Part shown: positions 59,622 through 64,000 of the stretch, piece after piece
How positions within the stretch are numbered: position 1 is the first letter of the stretch
How the letters are laid out: the number at the start of each line of letters is the position of its first letter
Assembly (NCBI GenBank): GCA_019058315.1
Contig: JAHPZH010000001.1
Location: forward strand, 695,536 to 759,535
Direction of reading: 5' to 3'
DNA: 64,000 nt
Source: Candidatus Helarchaeota archaeon
GTDB lineage: Archaea; Asgardarchaeota; Lokiarchaeia; Helarchaeales; RDOG01
Translations under genes and position numbers: made by a program
Notes under the pieces: generated by a model
The model's database searches: none
Told to the model about the DNA's origin: nothing
What the model saw: the letters and a program-made list of their open reading frames with translations, nothing else

Positions 59622-60779
59622 TTGAAAAAAATTAAAATTATAACTGTTCTAAAAGATCGAATTAGAAACTTATTAGATAAATATGGGAATATGGGATTAT
59701 ATCGCATAGGACTTTTATTATTTAATTATTTACAACATAAACAAATCAAAGCTCTATATCAAGAATATTTAAAAGTTTTAAAAAATAAACCTAAAAATGC
59801 CAAATCTATTCTATTTTTTCCCTCAGGTTTTTATCAAACTCTCCCCTCTGGTAAATTTCGTTGTTATAACGTTGCCAAATATTTAAAATCTAAAGGATAT
59901 TTTACAATTGTTGTTTCACCTAAATTAGGAAAGTACCAACGTAAAATGATATTAAAAAATCTAAAACCAGATTGGGTTTGGATTCAGAAGGCATATCACC
60001 CATTAAATAGATATAAATATTTTAGAAATTACAAGGTCCTCTTTGATTTAGATGATGCAGACTTTTTTAATCCATTTTTAAGAAAAATTATTCATGAATT
60101 CTTTAAAAAATTACAAATTATTACTTGTGGGAGTGAATTTATAAAAAATTATGCAAGGAAATTCTCTGATAATGCATATAAAATTTGGACACCCTTTCCT
60201 GTTGACAAAGATAAGATATTCAAAGTCCAAACTAAAGATCAAATAATTATTGGATGGACTCCAAATAATGCTGATGCAAATTATGAAAGTATAAAATTGC
60301 TTTATAAACCACTTGTAAACTTACATAAGAAATATAATATTATATTTAGAATTGATGGGAGAGGTGTAAAAAAAGTTGGGGAATTATTTTCGAATTTAGA
60401 CTGGGTTCAAATTATTTATACACATCCTTATAAACTTTTTTTAAAGAAACTTAAGGAAATTGATATTGGGATTCATCCATTAAACAAAACAACTCGTAAT
60501 TTGGCTAAAAGTTTTGGAAAGACTCTAAATTATATGAATGCTGGCATCCCTTGTGTGGTAAGTAATATTGGAGAAAATTCAATATTTTTTAAAGATGGAA
60601 TAAATGGATTTCTAGCAAGTACTCCCGAAGAATGGGAATTAAAACTTGGGAAACTTGTTAAGGATCAAAAATTAAGAGAAAAATTTGCAAACTTAGCTTT
60701 CAAAGATATGAGAAAAGAGTTATCCTTAAGTAATATATGTAAGAAATATGTTTTATTACTGTTTGGCGAAGATATATAA
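59622..60779 (+). CDS. GT-B glycosyltransferase (GT4-like)
   Basis: FDLDDA, IIGW, DIGIHPL, KTLNYMNAGIPCVVS, DGINGFL. The start is uncertain (TTG 59622 or a downstream ATG). Confidence 0.78.
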   Translation: MKKIKIITVLKDRIRNLLDKYGNMGLYRIGLLLFNYLQHKQIKALYQEYLKVLKNKPKNAKSILFFPSGFYQTLPSGKFRCYNVAKYLKSKGYFTIVVSPKLGKYQRKMILKNLKPDWVWIQKAYHPLNRYKYFRNYKVLFDLDDADFFNPFLRKIIHEFFKKLQIITCGSEFIKNYARKFSDNAYKIWTPFPVDKDKIFKVQTKDQIIIGWTPNNADANYESIKLLYKPLVNLHKKYNIIFRIDGRGVKKVGELFSNLDWVQIIYTHPYKLFLKKLKEIDIGIHPLNKTTRNLAKSFGKTLNYMNAGIPCVVSNIGENSIFFKDGINGFLASTPEEWELKLGKLVKDQKLREKFANLAFKDMRKELSLSNICKKYVLLLFGEDI

Positions 60780-60836
60780 AATATATTAACCTACTTAAAT
60801 TTAAAATTATATTTCGATTAATTTTCAAGAATAAAA

Positions 60837-62066
60837 ATGATAAATTCCAATTTGAAGAAATTAAAAATAATTCACTTACAAGGTACTAGATTTGGTCATT
60901 TTGTATATAAAACTCTTTCAGAAAAAGATTATGGTATCTCCCATAAGAGCTATCAACCTTATTTATGTGAGGAACAAGGAAAACTCGGACATAAAGTAAT
61001 TGGGATATTATTCTCAAAGGATGGAAAGAGTCTAATAATTGAAAGGAGAAAATATTATGTATTGTATTTTTTTCCTTCTGGATTTCAACTTCCCTTCCCG
61101 CTTAATAAAATTTATAAAGAACCAATTAATCCTGGTTTATTTTTAAGGATTATAAGGATGAAACCAGATATCATACATTTACATGGGTTATTCACTTATT
61201 TTATGTTCTATTTATTTTTAATTCCTTTATTACGAATTAAAAAAATAAAAGTAATTTCTCAATTGCGAGGATTAGACCCAGTTAATCCTATTAAAAGTCC
61301 ACTTAATTTATTTTTTTATATTATCCAATTCTTATTATGTAAGTTATCAAATATTGTTTTGTATCTAAATAAAAGAGTTGGTTATTTATTACAGAGATTT
61401 AAACTATGTAAAAGAGATAAAATAAAATTAGTACCAAATGGTATTGATTTGGAACTTTTTAAACCTTTGAATAAGTCAAAATGTATCCAATCTTTAAAAT
61501 TAGATACAAATATTCGCTATATATTAATGGTAAATCGAATTAAATTACCTCAAAAAGATGTTTTTACAGTTATAGATAGTTTAAAAGATTTTCTGTTAGA
61601 TAATGAAAATATCAAGCTGATTATAATAGGTGATGGACCCGATTTACCCAAATTAAAACATGATATTAAGAAACATAAATTAACAGATAAAATAATTCAT
61701 TATAATTTTGTAAAATTTGAAGAAATGCCATTATTTTATAATTCTTCAGATTGTTTCATCTTACATTCAAAATTTGAAGGAATGCCAAAAGTGATTCAAG
61801 AAGCATTTGCTTGTAAGACACCAGTTATCGCATCAAATATCTCTTCAATAAGAGATATAGTCAAACACAATAAATCTGGTTTATTAGTTGAATTTCAGAA
61901 AAAAGATCAAATATTAGAAGCTGTAAAAACAATTTTTTCTAACGATAAACTAAAAAATAAGCTTATTTCTAACGCATTTAATTTTATCCAAGATTATTCT
62001 TGGTTTAAAACTAGTAGTAATTTAATAAAATTATATAATGCAGAATTAACAAGACGAAATGGATAA
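60837..62066 (+). CDS. Glycosyltransferase family 4
   Basis: PDIIHLH, VPNGIDL, IIGDGP, SKFEGMPKVIQEAFACKTPVIAS. Confidence 0.9.
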   Translation: MINSNLKKLKIIHLQGTRFGHFVYKTLSEKDYGISHKSYQPYLCEEQGKLGHKVIGILFSKDGKSLIIERRKYYVLYFFPSGFQLPFPLNKIYKEPINPGLFLRIIRMKPDIIHLHGLFTYFMFYLFLIPLLRIKKIKVISQLRGLDPVNPIKSPLNLFFYIIQFLLCKLSNIVLYLNKRVGYLLQRFKLCKRDKIKLVPNGIDLELFKPLNKSKCIQSLKLDTNIRYILMVNRIKLPQKDVFTVIDSLKDFLLDNENIKLIIIGDGPDLPKLKHDIKKHKLTDKIIHYNFVKFEEMPLFYNSSDCFILHSKFEGMPKVIQEAFACKTPVIASNISSIRDIVKHNKSGLLVEFQKKDQILEAVKTIFSNDKLKNKLISNAFNFIQDYSWFKTSSNLIKLYNAELTRRNG

Positions 62067-62080
62067 TTCGAGGATAATAC

Positions 62081-63580
62081 ATGAGTTCCAAGGATAATAA
62101 CGAAAATAATGTTCTTAAAGATGAAGATCTATCCGATAAAACGGTTAAAGGCGGAGTATGGATATTTTCAATCAGAGTTATTGAAGAATTTATTTATCTC
62201 TTAAAAATCATAATTCTCGCAAATTTATTAGAACCTAGAGATTTTGGTTTGTTTGGCGTCGCTCTCTTAACATTAGATATCTTAAAAAATTTTACACAAA
62301 CTGGTTTTGAACGTGCATTAATACAAAAGAAAGAAAATATTGAATCCTATCTTAATAGTGCTTGGACAGTTATAATTATACGAGGTTTAGGTATATTTCT
62401 AATACTTTTTTTTATTGCACCAGTTGGTGCATTCTATTTTAATGCACCAGAAGCAACACCCTTAATTCAAGTAATTGGAGTATCAATGGTTATAACAAGC
62501 CTTGCTAATATAGGTTTTGTCTATTTTGATAAAGAATTAAATTTCAGCAAACGGTTTATTTATCAAGTAGTTGGAACTCTTCTAGATTTTATTTTAGCAG
62601 TTTCTTTTGCATTAATTTTTAGAAACGTATGGGCAATAATAGTTGGAGTACTTGCTGGAAATGCAGCAAGATCTATTATGAGTTATATTCTCCATCCTTA
62701 TAGACCTCGATTAAGTTCTGATTTTGGAAAAGCAAAAGAATTATGGGGTTATGGAAAGTGGATTTTTGCTGCTAGTATTGTAGGATTTCTAATAATTGAA
62801 GCAGATGATATTTTTGTTGGGATTTTATTAGGTGTAACTGCATTGGGTTTTTACCAAATGGCCTATAGAATCTCAAACTTACCTGCTACTGAAATTACAG
62901 AAATAGTTGGGCGAGTTACTTTCCCAGCATATTCAAAAATACAAGATGATAAATCAAAATTAAAAGATGGTTATTTAAAAGTACTAAAATTTGTATCATT
63001 TTTAACCTTTTTAGCTGGAGGTTTTATTTTTCTTTTTGCTTACGAATTTACAAAAATATTTTTAGGACAAAAGTGGGTTCCAATGGTTCTAGCGATGCAA
63101 GCACTGGTAATATATGGAATGATTAGATCTCTAGGGCGTACCACATTTGCTGTATTTCAAGGTATTGGAAAACCAAGAATTTTATTAAAGATAAATTTAA
63201 TTCAATTTGTAATAATGGCAATCCTAATTTATCCTTTTAGTGTAAATTATAATATATTGGGTACTTCTATCGTGATAGTGATATCCTCATTAATAGGAAA
63301 TATAATTAGTTTAATTATAATTTTTAGGACTATTAAAGCTGGAAAATGGGAATTTAGTAGATTAATAATCTTTCCTTTAATAAGCATGTCCGTTATGATT
63401 TCATCTATTTATTTTGCTAAAATATATTGGAAAATACCTATCGGAATAATGCAATTGGGTTTTTTAGCTATTTGTGCATTCTTAATATATATTAGTCTTA
63501 TTTTTATATTTGAGAAGATATTTAATTATAAAATAATTAAAGAATTGTTCGCTATATATAGACAAATAATAAAGCGATAA
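62081..63580 (+). CDS. Wzx/WzxC-type oligosaccharide flippase
   Basis: LANLLEPRDFG, ALIQKK, LGFYQMAY, VTFPAYSKIQDD, LGQKW; about 12-14 TMs. Confidence 0.85.
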   Translation: MSSKDNNENNVLKDEDLSDKTVKGGVWIFSIRVIEEFIYLLKIIILANLLEPRDFGLFGVALLTLDILKNFTQTGFERALIQKKENIESYLNSAWTVIIIRGLGIFLILFFIAPVGAFYFNAPEATPLIQVIGVSMVITSLANIGFVYFDKELNFSKRFIYQVVGTLLDFILAVSFALIFRNVWAIIVGVLAGNAARSIMSYILHPYRPRLSSDFGKAKELWGYGKWIFAASIVGFLIIEADDIFVGILLGVTALGFYQMAYRISNLPATEITEIVGRVTFPAYSKIQDDKSKLKDGYLKVLKFVSFLTFLAGGFIFLFAYEFTKIFLGQKWVPMVLAMQALVIYGMIRSLGRTTFAVFQGIGKPRILLKINLIQFVIMAILIYPFSVNYNILGTSIVIVISSLIGNIISLIIIFRTIKAGKWEFSRLIIFPLISMSVMISSIYFAKIYWKIPIGIMQLGFLAICAFLIYISLIFIFEKIFNYKIIKELFAIYRQIIKR

Positions 63581-63634
63581 TTATATTTCCAAATAATCGA
63601 AGTTATAATCCAAAGATCCTGTTGAGAAATTAAT

Positions 63635-64000
63635 ATGAACTCTATTAAATCATTGGTTATGTCATCTTGTTTGAGAAATAAGGATAAATTTTCAAGTATA
63701 ATAACTAAATATGAAGAACATGGCATCCTACATAGTGAAATGCTTGCAGTCTGTTCAGTAATACAGAATTTAGATATCAATCTAATTATAGAATCAGGAA
63801 GATACAATGGACAAAGTACAGAAATTCTTGCAAGGTTTTTTTCAGGAACAAAAATAAAAATAGTTAGTATTGAAATCATAAAAGATCAAAACGCAAAATA
63901 CGTCGAAGAGAAATTAAAAAAATATTCGAATTTGATTTTATTGTATGGTGATTCAAAGGATTTAATACCAAAAATTCTAACTATTTATCAAAAGGGTAAA
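63635..64000 (+). CDS. Class I SAM-dependent methyltransferase-like protein (3' truncated; missing from ORF track)
   Basis: Hand translation MNSIKSL..IIESGRYNGQSTEILARFF..IVSIE..LLYGDS..; the frame is open to the window end. Confidence 0.6.
   Translation, partial: MNSIKSLVMSSCLRNKDKFSSIITKYEEHGILHSEMLAVCSVIQNLDINLIIESGRYNGQSTEILARFFSGTKIKIVSIEIIKDQNAKYVEEKLKKYSNLILLYGDSKDLIPKILTIYQKGK

Noticed and set aside
1-64000. tRNA/rRNA genes, IS elements, integrases
   Set aside because: No GC-rich cloverleaf-like segments, transposase or recombinase motifs, or terminal inverted repeats were seen by eye. tRNAscan-SE, Infernal and ISEScan would be needed to exclude them formally.

Overview
Very AT-rich, densely coding archaeal chromosome segment. 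It is most consistent with an Asgard archaeon (Loki-/Helarchaeia-like). This is inferred from three genes ending in longin-like domains, PCI-like winged helices, an archaeal-type Ogg and a COG4030-type HAD. From left to right it contains: a 5'-truncated PfkB/KDG-kinase; a TPR-longin protein; a ~1700-aa cell-surface protein split by a -1 frameshift; ilvD followed by a CrtI-like oxidoreductase that appears to start at ATT; DUF4241, alpha/alpha-toroid, YbjN-like, GH38-like and VIT1 genes; a heterodimeric ABC exporter; a tandem array of modular membrane proteins with a constant C-terminal Zn-ribbon plus decayed fragments (24.3-28.0 kb); ogg, DUF72 and a duplicated-domain surface glycoprotein. A de novo purine cluster (purC-S-Q, purL-F, purD-pncB-HAD-pfkB, purE-FAD oxidoreductase-purB) is interrupted by two opposite-strand paralogues, one with a prenyltransferase-beta-like/winged-helix/helical-rod/PCI/longin architecture. 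After these come a stand-alone Mesh1-like alarmone hydrolase and a glycosylation cluster (GT2, GT87-like, radical SAM, GT4s, Wzx, methyltransferase) that runs off the right edge. I saw no tRNA, rRNA, CRISPR array, transposase or integrase. The best candidates for undescribed biology are the prenyltransferase-PCI-longin gene pair (35.1-41.1 kb) and the accordion-like Zn-ribbon membrane protein array. All family assignments come from motif recognition by eye; no database search was run.
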